Shown piece after piece: positions 9,962-20,819 of a stretch of DNA of 64,000 bases. This stretch comes from Pirellulales bacterium (lineage in GTDB: Bacteria; Planctomycetota; Planctomycetia; Pirellulales; PALSA-1355): positions 1,184,001-1,248,000 of the forward strand of contig CAVTBU010000005.1 in the NCBI GenBank assembly GCA_963733035.1, read 5' to 3'. Each line of letters opens with the position of its first letter. Within the stretch, counting starts at the first letter, position 1. Position numbers and translations under genes: made by a program. Below the pieces are notes generated by a model. The model was not told where the DNA came from. It did no database searches and worked only from the letters and a program-made list of their open reading frames with translations.

Positions 9962-11275
9962 CTAGATTGCCGGAAGTTCAAATCCGTTGCGGCGCGGACG
10001 CTCGAGTAAAGCGTTTGCCTCGTCGTCGCCTTCGAATTGCTCGCGCACCGGATCCCAGCGCAGGGGTCGCCCGACTGCGCGGGTGATGTTTGCCAAGTGG
10101 CAGACCGTCACGGAACGATGTCCGATTTCCACGTCGGCGACTGGCTTTTCGCGCGAGTGGATGCAGTCGAGCCAGTTTTGCATGTGCCACCGCGCTTGCC
10201 AAAGCGCAACGTCATCGCTCCACTTTCGTTCCTCTTCGGCCACGTCGACCTTTTTCTTTAGTTCTTCCGCGATGTCGAGCGGATTCGAAGTGAATTTGTT
10301 TCGATTGATTTCGATCTTCCCCTTTTCACAGGTGAAGACCGCGCCGCCCATCGGCCCATGACCATGCTCGCTGACGAAGTTCACGCGGACGCCGTTGGCA
10401 TACCGCATCGACACTTGACCGTTCGGCCCTTCGGAAAGCGGTTTCGTCTCGACCGGGCCGGTGCCGTCCATGCCGAGCGCCCATTGAATCTGATCGACGC
10501 CGTGCGCGCCCCAATTCGTCATCTCGCCGCCGGCGAAATCTCGCCACCGCATCCAACCCATCCAGTCCGGGTGGTACGGACGCTCCGCGGCTTGATTGAG
10601 CCACATGTTCCAATCGAAATTCGGGGGCACGGGCTGTCCGGCCGGATAGGGATTGGGCGACGCCTCGGCACCGCTGTAGTTGATCGCCCGAACTTCGAGC
10701 ACCTTACCGAGTCCGCCGCTGCGAACCAGCTCACACGCCACGCGATTCATGGCCATCGATCGCTGCTGCGTCCCAACCTGCAACACGCGGTCGTATTTTC
10801 GCGCCGCATCGACCAGCGCCCGCCCCTCATTCACGTAGAGCGTCAGCGGTTTTTCGGCATAGATGTCTTTGCCGGCCTGGCAGGCGTGGATACAGGGCAG
10901 CACGCGTTGAAACTCGCCCGTGGCCACAATCACGGCGTCCACGTCCTGGCGGTCCAGAATTTTGCGATAGTCTTGATAGACTGGCCAGTTGCCGCCGGCG
11001 GAAGCCTTAAATGCCTCGGCGCGAGGCAGATTGCAATCTGCCAGGGCCACGATCTCGGCGGCCTCCGGAAGTTGCTGTAAAAGCAACTTCGCACGGCCGC
11101 CAACGCCAATCGCGCCGACACGGATCCGCTCGTTGGCTCCCGGTTTTCCCGGCGCGGCCAAGGCCTTGCGCGAGACCCACAGCGGCAAGCCGAACGCACC
11201 CGCGGCCAGGGCGGCAGAGGACTTGAGGAACTGTCGGCGATCGGAACGCGGGGCGTGCACGGGCTGCAATGACAT
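9962..11275 (-). CDS. Gfo/Idh/MocA oxidoreductase with Tat signal peptide
   Basis: SDRRQFLK twin-arginine motif; IGVGGR Rossmann start; AGKDIYAEKP; QVGTQQRS. Confidence 0.92.
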   Translation of the reverse strand: MSLQPVHAPRSDRRQFLKSSAALAAGAFGLPLWVSRKALAAPGKPGANERIRVGAIGVGGRAKLLLQQLPEAAEIVALADCNLPRAEAFKASAGGNWPVYQDYRKILDRQDVDAVIVATGEFQRVLPCIHACQAGKDIYAEKPLTLYVNEGRALVDAARKYDRVLQVGTQQRSMAMNRVACELVRSGGLGKVLEVRAINYSGAEASPNPYPAGQPVPPNFDWNMWLNQAAERPYHPDWMGWMRWRDFAGGEMTNWGAHGVDQIQWALGMDGTGPVETKPLSEGPNGQVSMRYANGVRVNFVSEHGHGPMGGAVFTCEKGKIEINRNKFTSNPLDIAEELKKKVDVAEEERKWSDDVALWQARWHMQNWLDCIHSREKPVADVEIGHRSVTVCHLANITRAVGRPLRWDPVREQFEGDDEANALLERPRRNGFELPAI

Positions 11276-11516
11276 AATCGACCTCTGGTTCGTTTTGCGT
11301 ACTCGGCAACCCTTGCTGCCAGAGTGTTCGGTGGCTCAGTATAACACACCACCTAGCGTGGTTCGTAACCGCATCCGAAAGGGCAAATGACCGAAAAACG
11401 CGCGGTCCTCGCGCGGTAAAATGAATAGTCGTGGGTATGGACAAACGTACAGTAACTCGGTAATCTATGTGCCCGGTCAGAAATCCTTTGGTTACCCGAA
11501 TTTCAAGGAGTATTCC

Positions 11517-12020
11517 ATGAGCATCGCTGAAATGATCTTGCCTGAATTTGAACAGGAAATGGCTGGCACGCGCAAGACGCTGGAGCGCATTCCGGACGAT
11601 AAGCTCGACTGGAAGGCCCATCCGAAATCGAACACGATTGGCTGGGTCGGCGGTCACTTGGCCGAGATTCCCGGCTGGGTCGAAGGCACGCTGACGCAGG
11701 ACTCGTGGGACATCAACCCTCCGGGCGGAGAGCCGTACCGCACCCCTCAATTCAAGAGCCATCAGGAAATGCTCGACGTCTTTGACAAGAACGTTGCCGC
11801 GGCGAAAAAGGCGATTGCCGCCACCAGCGACGAAGCATTCATGAAACCCTGGTCGCTGCTCTCAGGCGGGGAAACCTTGATGACAATGCCCCGCCTCGCC
11901 GTGATCCGCGGGTTCGTGATCAGCCACACGATTCACCATCGCGCGTATCTGTGCTGCTACCTGCGGTTGAACGACATCCCGGTGCCTGCGCTTTACGGGC
12001 CGTCGGGCGACGAGAAGTAG
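11517..12020 (+). CDS. DinB/YfiT family protein
   Basis: DWKAHPKS..GHLAE, HTIHHRAYL..YLRL..VPALYGPS; AAGGAG RBS. Confidence 0.88.
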   Translation: MSIAEMILPEFEQEMAGTRKTLERIPDDKLDWKAHPKSNTIGWVGGHLAEIPGWVEGTLTQDSWDINPPGGEPYRTPQFKSHQEMLDVFDKNVAAAKKAIAATSDEAFMKPWSLLSGGETLMTMPRLAVIRGFVISHTIHHRAYLCCYLRLNDIPVPALYGPSGDEK

Positions 12021-12047
12021 CCGCAGCGGACCACGAGCGGTGCGCGA

Positions 12048-13777
12048 TTAGAACCGCAGGTCGAGGCCCATGGTGACCCCTTGGAGCCAGATGCTGGTGT
12101 CGCTGACCGACGCATGTGGTACTGCCGGTCCGACTAGCGGCTGGCCGGCGATTTGCGTGGTATTCACGTTCGTGTCGATCTGACCACCGGGACGAATGAC
12201 GCTCGAGACGTACGTAAAGTTGTATCCCGCCGTGACTCGCAAGGCCGGCCGCAATTGATAGCCGAGCTTGAGGTCGACTTGCGGAATGATCGCGAACCGA
12301 TTCCGCGTGTAAGTGCCGATGTTGGTCGGCTGCGCGAGCAGTCCGCCCGCGTACGAGGCGACGTAAGCGTTGTAAATGGCGGACGTGGAACCGTTGATCG
12401 TAAGCTGCTGATTCATGTTGCCCAGTGCCAACCGCGTTTCGGCGCCGAGTGTCCAGCGAGCGCGGTTCAGTTCGGTGCCGATACCGATTTCACCGCCGTT
12501 GAAGATATTGCGCGTCGCGAAGCTGTCGACAACTTCGATACGGCCGGCGTCAGGGGGAAACGGGTCGAAACTTGAATACGACGTGGACTTGATGTTGAGC
12601 GACTCGTTGAGATCGAAGAACCGATAGGCACCCAGCAGGAACAGCCGAATCGGGCCGTTATAGGGGCCAATCGCATAGCGTGCTCCGCCGCCAGCGGATT
12701 GGACGCGGCTCGTTTCCTGGATGTTGATCGAGCCGTCGACGTTGACACTTGTTGGCCCCACGACGTAATTGGGAAATGCGACGATCATGGAGCTTTGTGC
12801 ATCGACCAGGGGATTGGCGTCGTAGTAGGGGCGGGCCAGAATCGGGTCGTTGAGCGATCCGCCGCTGAAAATTGACGTGCGCGAAAAGGTTGTGGTGGCC
12901 GAAGCCAGACCGTAGTAGTTCCCTTCCAGCGCGATGGTCTGGAAGTCGTCCAGCCAGACACCTCCCTGTACGCGGCCGCCCCAACGAATGCCGCTGTTGA
13001 CTCGCTGGTTGCCAAACAGGGTGCTCGTGGTCGGCTCGCCGATCACACCGGCATTGGCCTGCGGAGTGCCGATGGGGGCCGTGGTCACCAGCGGCGGCAA
13101 GTGATCCCCCTTGACCCACCAGCCAAGGGCGTCGAGATTCAAATAGTGCCGCGAGGGAGGCGGGGCGCATACGACCGCTGTCGGCATAGCCGAGGGCACG
13201 GCGCAAGTCGGTTCATCGGTGGCCGGTGCGCCATATTGCGCTAGTGCTGCCGCGGCGCGGGCCAGACGCTCAAGCCGCGGCGACGCAGGCGTTTCGGGGG
13301 AGACAAGTCGACTTGCCGGAGTCGACGTGACGACGCCGTCTTGATAAGACGCCTGGGCGACGTCGAATTGTCGATTTGTGTCTCCTGCGGCAATTTGCTT
13401 GACGCGCCGCAACACACGGCGGGCACGAATTCGCTCGCTGGCGGTTGTGGCACGGCCGAGTGCATTCTCGGCCGCGGCTTCAATTCTCGAAAGCCGGGCG
13501 CACCTGCACTGCCAGCTTCGAAAGCGACCAGTTGGCTCTCGACTTGATCGAGAGCGACGGCCACTGGCGCAAGTTCGGCCGCGTCAACCGCTGCCGCGGC
13601 CGGCTGCTCTTGAAGGCGGACCGCGTAGCGTTTTACTGGCTGTCCGGCCCGGGCGCTACCGACCGCGAACGCTGTTAGAAGAATCAGCTTCCAGCCAATG
13701 CGCACAGCGCGAGCCCTACCGAGCAAGCGGCTCCTCGGTGACCCGCGCAAGCCTGACTTCGAGGGACAACTGTCCAT
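12048..13777 (-). CDS. BBP7-type planctomycete outer-membrane beta-barrel protein (frame break near 13497)
   Basis: Signal-peptide-bearing ORF from 13777 joins barrel ORF (LGWWVKG..LPPLVTT, SSVIRPGGQID, C-terminal LQGVTMGLDLRF). Confidence 0.75.
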
Positions 13778-14045
13778 GAAATTGAACGACGGCAGAAGCG
13801 AAACGGTTGCCGTTTGACGATGGTGCGAACTGCTAGCACGCCAGAAGGCCGTACTGTGAAGGGAAGCGAACGTTTAGCCGAATTGCGCCACGTGGGCAAG
13901 ATCATTTTGCGAATCGGCCTGGTAGGGCGGGCGAGGCCGTTTCTTCCCGACTCTGCATGTCAAACCATGGAGAACTGGGGAACAATCGGCCAATATAGGC
14001 TTCGCCGCGACGAATAGGCGACCAGCCCGATGATGAGGTGCTCGC

Positions 14046-14711
14046 GTGGTTTTGAGCCAAAAAGTAGTCGACTACCTTGCCGCCGCCTCGATTGTTGTTG
14101 CCTTTGGCGGACTGTTTTTCGGCCGTTTGATGATCTATCCGGTGTCGCGGGCGCCTGGCGACTTCCTCGAACGCGTGGCCGCGGAGTCGGCAGCTTGGGA
14201 TTTCGGGCATCGTTGGATGCTCGTCGGAATGATAAGCCTCATCCCGGCCGCGATTGCACTGCGTCGTGCGATGCACGAGCGGTCACCCTGGCTGACCGAC
14301 GCTGCCACGATTCTGACGATCTTGGGTGCCTCACTCGGAGTCGGCCAGTACGCGCTTGACTTTGCGATGCTGGCGGCGGCAGAGATTTCTTCACCTGAAG
14401 CGCGCTCGCAGTTTGGTAGTGCGCTTTCTACCAACGCGTTCGTGCAGTGGGCGTTCTACAAGCTGCCCGACCTGGCGCAGTTGGGGTTGATTCTGCTTAC
14501 CGTTGCGCTGTGGCGGCAAGGCTTCGGCTGGAGACTTCAGGCAACGTTGGTCACACTGGCCGCGATGGTCGCCTTGATTGGTCCGATCTTCCTCGGCTCC
14601 ACGGGAAGTCGCGTCGGACTCGGCCTGTTGTTTGTGGGATTCTCAACGGTCGCCTGGAGAATCGCCGGCGGCGGCGCGAAAGACAGCACGCCCGTGGATG
14701 CTGGATGTTGA
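14046..14711 (+). CDS. hypothetical multi-pass membrane protein
   Basis: 221-aa ORF with about 6 hydrophobic segments. Confidence 0.65.
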   Translation: MVLSQKVVDYLAAASIVVAFGGLFFGRLMIYPVSRAPGDFLERVAAESAAWDFGHRWMLVGMISLIPAAIALRRAMHERSPWLTDAATILTILGASLGVGQYALDFAMLAAAEISSPEARSQFGSALSTNAFVQWAFYKLPDLAQLGLILLTVALWRQGFGWRLQATLVTLAAMVALIGPIFLGSTGSRVGLGLLFVGFSTVAWRIAGGGAKDSTPVDAGC

Positions 14712-14783
14712 GGCGAATAAAGATGTCACGCAGTTCAGCAATCGCGCTGAACCAATGACGCGCCGCGGTATATTCCCATCCTA

Positions 14784-14859
<76 letters not shown>

Positions 14860-14980
14860 ATTTATTGTTTTGGCCAGGTCGACACGATTCATCGACCCGA
14901 ATCAGCAAAGTATCGTAGCACCCTGCCCCGTGCGCGGCAACACGGCCGGTTTGCCGACATCGTGTCGTCAGCGCGACTTG

Positions 14981-16405
14981 TTATTCCTGTTGCGCGTGGT
15001 CTTCATGCAACTCGCCCGATTCGGCGGCCGCCGGTTCGGCTTTGAGCCAGGTGTCGAAGAGCCCCGCTTGCCACAAGAGCACGAGCGAAACGAGTACGGG
15101 CGTGACGAACCGGATCAGGAATTGCCAGATTGCTCCCAACGGCGCACCGAGTTTCGCCATGTGGCTGAAACCGCTCAGGCCGTCCTTGGGCAACACGAAC
15201 CAGCCTGCGGCAATCGCAATCAAGAGTCCGCCGATTGGCAACAGATAGCGTGACACCAGGTCGTCGAGCCCGTCTTGCAAGGGTGTTTCGCCGACGGTCA
15301 TCCCCACCGCGCATGCCACGCCGAGCAGCCACACACACGCACCGATGCCGCCAGCCGCCAGCCAGCGCGGCATATTGAATTCGTCAACGGCGTAGGCCAC
15401 CACGACTTCCAGCAGCGAAATGGCCGAACTCCAGGCCGCAAAGACGACGAGCGCGAAGAAGACGCTGGCGACAAAGGGTCCGCCCGGCATTTTGACGAAC
15501 AGCGAAGGGAGCGTTTGAAATAACAAACCCGGCCCGGCAGAAGGTTCGAGATCTGCTTGAAAGACGACGGCAAAGATCACCGTACCCGCCAGCAGGGCGA
15601 CGATCGTATCGAGCGCTGCGATTGCCACGCTGTCGCGAATCACACGGCGCTCTTCCTTCAGGTACGATCCGTACGTGACCATGGCCCCCATGCCGAGCGA
15701 AAGAGTGAAGAATGCGTGCCCGAGCGCTTCTAAAACCGCGGAGGAAGTCAGTTTGCTGAAGTTCGGGCGAAACAAAAACGAAAGCGATTCGTCCAATCCG
15801 CCCGTATACGCGACGTAGCCCACCATGCCGATGAGGATCACGAACAAAAGGGGCATCAGTGTCTTGCAGAGGAACTCGATGCCGCCGTGCACGCCGAGCG
15901 TGACGACGCCAATCGTGAGAAGCATGAAGACGGTATGGCAAATTGTGGCCGTGCTCGGGGTCGAGGACATCGTTTTGAAGACTTCTGGATTGCCGAACTC
16001 GACGCCGGGGATGAATCCCACGGAGAGTGTGAAGAAGTAGACCGTCCAGCCGGCCACAACCGAATAGAAGGCCAGCATCAGGAACGCCGAGGTGATGGCC
16101 AAGAGGCCCGTCAGGTAGCTAAAAAGTCGACCAGGCATCCCTTTGCTTTGCGTGAGATTGGATAGCGCGCCGAGAATATCGCGGCCTCCACGGCGACCGA
16201 TGATCAGTTCGGCGTACATGAGCGGCAGGCCGACCATGGCAATGCAAACCAGGTAGACCAGCACGAAGGCTCCGCCGCCATACTCGCCGGTGATGTACGG
16301 AAACTTCCAGATGTTTCCCAGTCCCACCGCACTGCCCACGGCGGCCATCATAAAGCCGAAGTTGCTGGCAAATCCGCCGCGTTTGGCGGTGTTTTCCTCA
16401 CTCAT
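14981..16405 (-). CDS. sodium-dependent transporter, NSS/SNF family
   Basis: GSAVGLGNIWKFPY, GGGAFVLVY, AFFTLSLGMG, GPGLLF motifs. Confidence 0.95.
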   Translation of the reverse strand: MSEENTAKRGGFASNFGFMMAAVGSAVGLGNIWKFPYITGEYGGGAFVLVYLVCIAMVGLPLMYAELIIGRRGGRDILGALSNLTQSKGMPGRLFSYLTGLLAITSAFLMLAFYSVVAGWTVYFFTLSVGFIPGVEFGNPEVFKTMSSTPSTATICHTVFMLLTIGVVTLGVHGGIEFLCKTLMPLLFVILIGMVGYVAYTGGLDESLSFLFRPNFSKLTSSAVLEALGHAFFTLSLGMGAMVTYGSYLKEERRVIRDSVAIAALDTIVALLAGTVIFAVVFQADLEPSAGPGLLFQTLPSLFVKMPGGPFVASVFFALVVFAAWSSAISLLEVVVAYAVDEFNMPRWLAAGGIGACVWLLGVACAVGMTVGETPLQDGLDDLVSRYLLPIGGLLIAIAAGWFVLPKDGLSGFSHMAKLGAPLGAIWQFLIRFVTPVLVSLVLLWQAGLFDTWLKAEPAAAESGELHEDHAQQE

Positions 16406-16691
16406 GTCGGTCCTTCCTTCCGGTCGCACGGTTCGTTGCCATCTCGTCTCGTGAAGATCGCGGCCCGAGTCTGTTGTTCGACGACGCTTCATCGCTCAAC
16501 GAAACCGCGAGTGTTTTCCGCAGCGCAGCCCCGCATCGGGCGGTTGGTTAACCGGATCATAACGGCTCGCGGTCGCGCGAACCAATAAGTATTTGCGCCG
16601 CCGAGCCGCCGCGAACGAACTTACGTTCTGCGGGCCGCCAAGCTAGAATAAGCGGTCGCTGACACCTTGAGCCGTCCCCGCCTGCTCCACC

Positions 16692-17708
16692 ATGTTCCGC
16701 GCCACCCATGTCGAACCACCACTTCCCCTGTTGATCACCGGCGCCGCCGGTGTGGCGGGATACAATGCGTTGGCCTATTTCCAGGCGCGATATCCCGGTC
16801 GCGTGATGGCCATTCGCCAGCGGGACAATTGGAAACTTCAGGGGCCTGGGATTGTGGCCTGCAATGCCGAAGACCAATCCGCATTGGCGCGCCTGTTTGC
16901 GGAACATCGATTTGCCGCCGTGCTCGACTGCGCCGGCAATTGCGCACTCAAGGCGTGCGAACTCGATCCGGCAATGGCCTGGCGAATCAATGTCGACGGC
17001 GTACGGAATCTGATCGCGCTCGTACGACAATACGGTTCTCGGTTTGTCCACTTGTCGATCGATCTGGTTTTTTCCGGCAACGGCCCAGGTCAACACATTG
17101 AAGACGACCCGACCGACCCGGTGACCGTCTATGGCAAGACGATGGTCGCGGCCGAGGAATTGATTCGCTCGGAACTACCCGAGGCGTGCACGCTGCGAAT
17201 CTCGCTGCCGATGGGAGTGAGCTTCAACGGGCACGGCGGCGCGATCGACTGGATCCAATCGCGGTTTCGAAAATCGAAGCCCGCAACTCTCTACTTTGAC
17301 GAGGTGCGCACACCCACCTATACCGATTGCCTGAACCAACTTTGTGAAACCGTGCTGGCCGGTGATTTGGCCGGCCTGTTTCATGCGGGCGGCCCGAGGG
17401 CCCTCAGCCTGTATCAAATTGCGCAGATCATCAATCGCGTTGGCGGCTACAACCCGAGACACTTGCAGGGTTGTCCACGTATCGAGGCCGGTCCCATTCC
17501 GCCGCGCGCCGGCAACGTTTCGATGGATTCGAGCAAGCTCACAACGGCGCTCGGTTATCAGCCCTTTCACAGTTGGCCCTATGACGAGGGCTTGGTGCCA
17601 ACGCATCCAGATTGGCACTTCGAACGGCCCACGCACGAACGCGGCAGCCACGCGTGGCTCTCGGAAGTTCTCTACCGAAATCCGCTACGCATTCTCACCG
17701 ACAGCTAG
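16692..17708 (+). CDS. RmlD-like extended SDR (sugar-nucleotide reductase family)
   Basis: LITGAAGVAG, CELDP..AWRINV, HLSIDLVF, PVTVYGKTM (usual YxxxK Lys is Met here), RTPTY. Confidence 0.8.
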   Translation: MFRATHVEPPLPLLITGAAGVAGYNALAYFQARYPGRVMAIRQRDNWKLQGPGIVACNAEDQSALARLFAEHRFAAVLDCAGNCALKACELDPAMAWRINVDGVRNLIALVRQYGSRFVHLSIDLVFSGNGPGQHIEDDPTDPVTVYGKTMVAAEELIRSELPEACTLRISLPMGVSFNGHGGAIDWIQSRFRKSKPATLYFDEVRTPTYTDCLNQLCETVLAGDLAGLFHAGGPRALSLYQIAQIINRVGGYNPRHLQGCPRIEAGPIPPRAGNVSMDSSKLTTALGYQPFHSWPYDEGLVPTHPDWHFERPTHERGSHAWLSEVLYRNPLRILTDS

Positions 17709-17834
17709 CACGCGAGCACATCGCGCTGATCTTGTGGTGGCCGACCCGTTTTGATAGCTAATCGCCCGCGGCGCGGCTGCGCGCCCAAATGACCGCTCGG
17801 TTCGCGCAATTCTCATACCCAGTGTGATGTTCCC

Positions 17835-20168
17835 ATGCCTCCGCAGGCTCCGGCCAACCTGGTGCAATTGCTTGGCCGTCTCCGACTGGGGACGCCGGCG
17901 CAAATCAGCACGGTGGGGCGACGGGCCGTGCGTTTGGCAGGAGACTTGCCAGATTTCGAATCGGTGTGGGTCGATGCGCTGGCACAAGAACGAATGCTCA
18001 CTCCCTGGCAAGCGGCCGAAATCAATGCCGGCCGTGGAGATGGCCTGCTGCACGGCCCTTTTCGAGTCAGCGACCGGATCGCGGGTCCGCACTTTGCCCA
18101 GTGCTTCGCGGCAACGCATCTGGATTCGGGCCGCACGGTCCGATTGTACTACGTGCGTCGCGCACAGCGGCCGCTGGCCGAAGTTTTGGAACGTCTTGGG
18201 GAGTTGCAGGAGCGAACGACCCCGCTGATCGACTGCGGCCGCGAAATCGAAGACTTTGGCACCACCGACGGAGCCGTCTGGATCGCCTGCCGCGCAGTGG
18301 ACGGTCAGGCCATTCGCGATTGGATGACCGAGCACGGACGGCTACCACCGCAGGCCGTTCTGCACATCGCCCGCGAGATTGCAGCGCGACTATGGGCGTT
18401 CGAGCAGCACGGAGTCGTGCACGGCGATTTGAACACGGCCGAACTATTCATCGAGCCATCCGGAGGAATCGCCTTGCCCGCCGTTGGGCTAAGGGGCATT
18501 GTACGCCCCCAGGAGGGATATAGCTTTAGTGAGCTGCTGCCCGAAGCCTACGACTACCTGGCGCCCGAAAGGATTTCCGCCGGAACACCGCCAAACATTT
18601 CCAGCGATCTCTATGCCTGCGGTTCGCTGTGGTGGCACCTGTTGGCGGGCCGGCCTCCGTTTCCGGGTGGCAATGCGATTGCCAAGCTGAAAGCCGTGCA
18701 CGCCGCTCGGGCAGTCGACATCCGACCCTTTTGTCCAACCGTCTCAAGTGAGCTCGCCGGCATTATCGGAGATTGCATGCAGCGAGATCCCGAACGACGC
18801 CCGAAGTCATTCGCCGAGGTCGTCGAGCGATTGGGCGAGCCCACATTGGCTGGAAAAATGCTGTTGGCTTCACTTTTCCGGGGCTCCGGCGGATCGTGGC
18901 AAGCGTTGCAGGGCAAGTCGACTCGCCGTCGTCGTGCCGCGAAGCGAAAGCGTGCGACGCTCACCGCCGCCGCGGCAGTCTGCATGCTGGTATCGTTGAT
19001 CCTGGGGCAGTGGGCGTGGCGCACGGCTCGCAACTTTGCTTTCAAGGACGTTGCCGAGTCCAATTCAGCCAAGCAGTTGGCTCCGCCTAAACCGGAAACA
19101 CAGCTTCAAGCTGCCGAGGCGCGAAGCGAGTCCGAGCCGGCGGCGCTCGAACGGCGACGAGATCCAATGCTGAAGCGGGCATCGGCCGTCGCGCCGCTGG
19201 CCGAACAAGTCGTCGAAGACATCGTACTCCCAACCGGCGCGGTCCTGAGAGTCGAACAACTCGACCTCAAGCCCCACGTCCGAGTTCGCGGACGTGGGGG
19301 TAAGCGACCGCAGTTGAGTGTGCCCAGGCGGGGACTCGTGATCGGCTTCGACGACGTGCGGTTCGACGGCATCGACTTCGTATGGGAGGCCGGCCCAAGC
19401 GAGCTTGCCGACGCGGACAATAGCGGCCTGAGCATGCTGGACCTGCAAAGTCAGACCGTGACGTTCCGGGGCTGCTCGTTTTCGAACCGCGCGGCCAACC
19501 CTCCGGTTGCCATCCGTTTCAGCGGTTCGGGCGAGACGCTGCCTGGACTGGGCGGCGAGTTGGTTTTGACCGATTGCGTTTTTGACGGCCTGGCCGCTGT
19601 GATCGACGACAAGGCTGCCGGTGGACTTTCGATTCAATTACGCAACTGCCTGTGTGTGGCCGCCGGACCGATCTTGCGAATGGCGCGGCCGCCTGAACCC
19701 GACGAGCCGGTGAATCTTTCGCTCGACCACGTCACGACTCGCGGCGACACGGCCGTGCTCCATTGTCAGTACGGTCGCCTGGCGCACGACCCCGGCCCAA
19801 TCACGATCATGGCGAATGGCAGCGCCCTGGCAGGCGGCGGTCGCGCCGGACTGGTAATCTTCTCAGGTAGTTCCCACCCGCAACGCTTGATTCGGGCCCT
19901 GACCTGGTCCGGACAAGGGTCGATCGTCGCGCCGCAAACGCCGGTGATGGTTTGGCATTCAACACGAAACCGGATCGAACCGTTGCCAGACGAGGAATTG
20001 GAAGTGGCCGGGCTCGTCCGAAGCAGCCTGGAATTCGCCGGCCGCCCCGATGGCCCACTCGAGGCATCGCGAGTCGTTCGTTGGCAGGTTCCGCTGCGGT
20101 CGCCGGAACCGCCCGGCGCGGACCCGGCCAAGCTGGCCTCGCCACGCGACTGGGAGCGAGCGCAGTAA
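17835..20168 (+). CDS. membrane-anchored Ser/Thr kinase-like protein (probable pseudokinase) with beta-rich C-terminal domain
   Basis: YLAPE and SDLYACG subdomains kept; VAIK, HRDLKPxN and DFG degenerate; one TM near aa 378-396. Confidence 0.8.
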   Translation: MPPQAPANLVQLLGRLRLGTPAQISTVGRRAVRLAGDLPDFESVWVDALAQERMLTPWQAAEINAGRGDGLLHGPFRVSDRIAGPHFAQCFAATHLDSGRTVRLYYVRRAQRPLAEVLERLGELQERTTPLIDCGREIEDFGTTDGAVWIACRAVDGQAIRDWMTEHGRLPPQAVLHIAREIAARLWAFEQHGVVHGDLNTAELFIEPSGGIALPAVGLRGIVRPQEGYSFSELLPEAYDYLAPERISAGTPPNISSDLYACGSLWWHLLAGRPPFPGGNAIAKLKAVHAARAVDIRPFCPTVSSELAGIIGDCMQRDPERRPKSFAEVVERLGEPTLAGKMLLASLFRGSGGSWQALQGKSTRRRRAAKRKRATLTAAAAVCMLVSLILGQWAWRTARNFAFKDVAESNSAKQLAPPKPETQLQAAEARSESEPAALERRRDPMLKRASAVAPLAEQVVEDIVLPTGAVLRVEQLDLKPHVRVRGRGGKRPQLSVPRRGLVIGFDDVRFDGIDFVWEAGPSELADADNSGLSMLDLQSQTVTFRGCSFSNRAANPPVAIRFSGSGETLPGLGGELVLTDCVFDGLAAVIDDKAAGGLSIQLRNCLCVAAGPILRMARPPEPDEPVNLSLDHVTTRGDTAVLHCQYGRLAHDPGPITIMANGSALAGGGRAGLVIFSGSSHPQRLIRALTWSGQGSIVAPQTPVMVWHSTRNRIEPLPDEELEVAGLVRSSLEFAGRPDGPLEASRVVRWQVPLRSPEPPGADPAKLASPRDWERAQ

Positions 20169-20172
20169 GCGA

Positions 20173-20697
20173 CTAGTGCCGATCCCGTAGCTGTTCGCAG
20201 TACAGCAAACCAACGAGGGTTTTGGCATCCTCAATGGTGCCATCGAAGATCATCCGCATGGCATCGCTCCAGCTGACGACAAACGTCTCGATCTGTTCGC
20301 CGGCCTCGAGGGCCATTTCGCCAGGGGTCAGCCCGGTGGCCCGAAATAGATGCATGCGTTCGTTGAGAATGCCGGGTGACATCGTGAATTCGCAAAGCTT
20401 TTCAATGTTGCCGGCGCGGTATCCGGTTTCTTCGATCAGCTCGCGACCGGCCGTGACCCTTGGATCCTCGCCCGGTTCCAAGGTGCCGGCCGGAAGCTCC
20501 ACCAGGGTTTTGCCGACGGCCACGCGGTAATTGTGGATCAGGCAAACGTGCTCGGCATCGACCATCGGCACAATGGCCACGGCACCGGGATGTTGAACGG
20601 TTTCCTTGGTGAGCATACGGCCGTCTCGCCCCACTTCGCGGTGTCGGACGACCCGAAAACGACGGGTTACCAACAGTTCCTCGGGCTGGTCAGTCAT
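20173..20697 (-). CDS. NUDIX hydrolase (ADP-ribose pyrophosphatase-like)
   Basis: HPGAVAIVP, Nudix box GTLEPGEDPRVTAGRELIEETG, SPG, EDAKT. Confidence 0.92.
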   Translation of the reverse strand: MTDQPEELLVTRRFRVVRHREVGRDGRMLTKETVQHPGAVAIVPMVDAEHVCLIHNYRVAVGKTLVELPAGTLEPGEDPRVTAGRELIEETGYRAGNIEKLCEFTMSPGILNERMHLFRATGLTPGEMALEAGEQIETFVVSWSDAMRMIFDGTIEDAKTLVGLLYCEQLRDRH

Positions 20698-20819
20698 GTG
20701 CTATCTCGTGCGGGCGACGGCGATCGTTGATTCACTTTAAACCGGTTGGTAAGATAGCCTCGGCGGGCGATTTGGTCCAAGCCTTCACTACGCACTGGCC
20801 CGGAGCGGGTGCGATTCTT

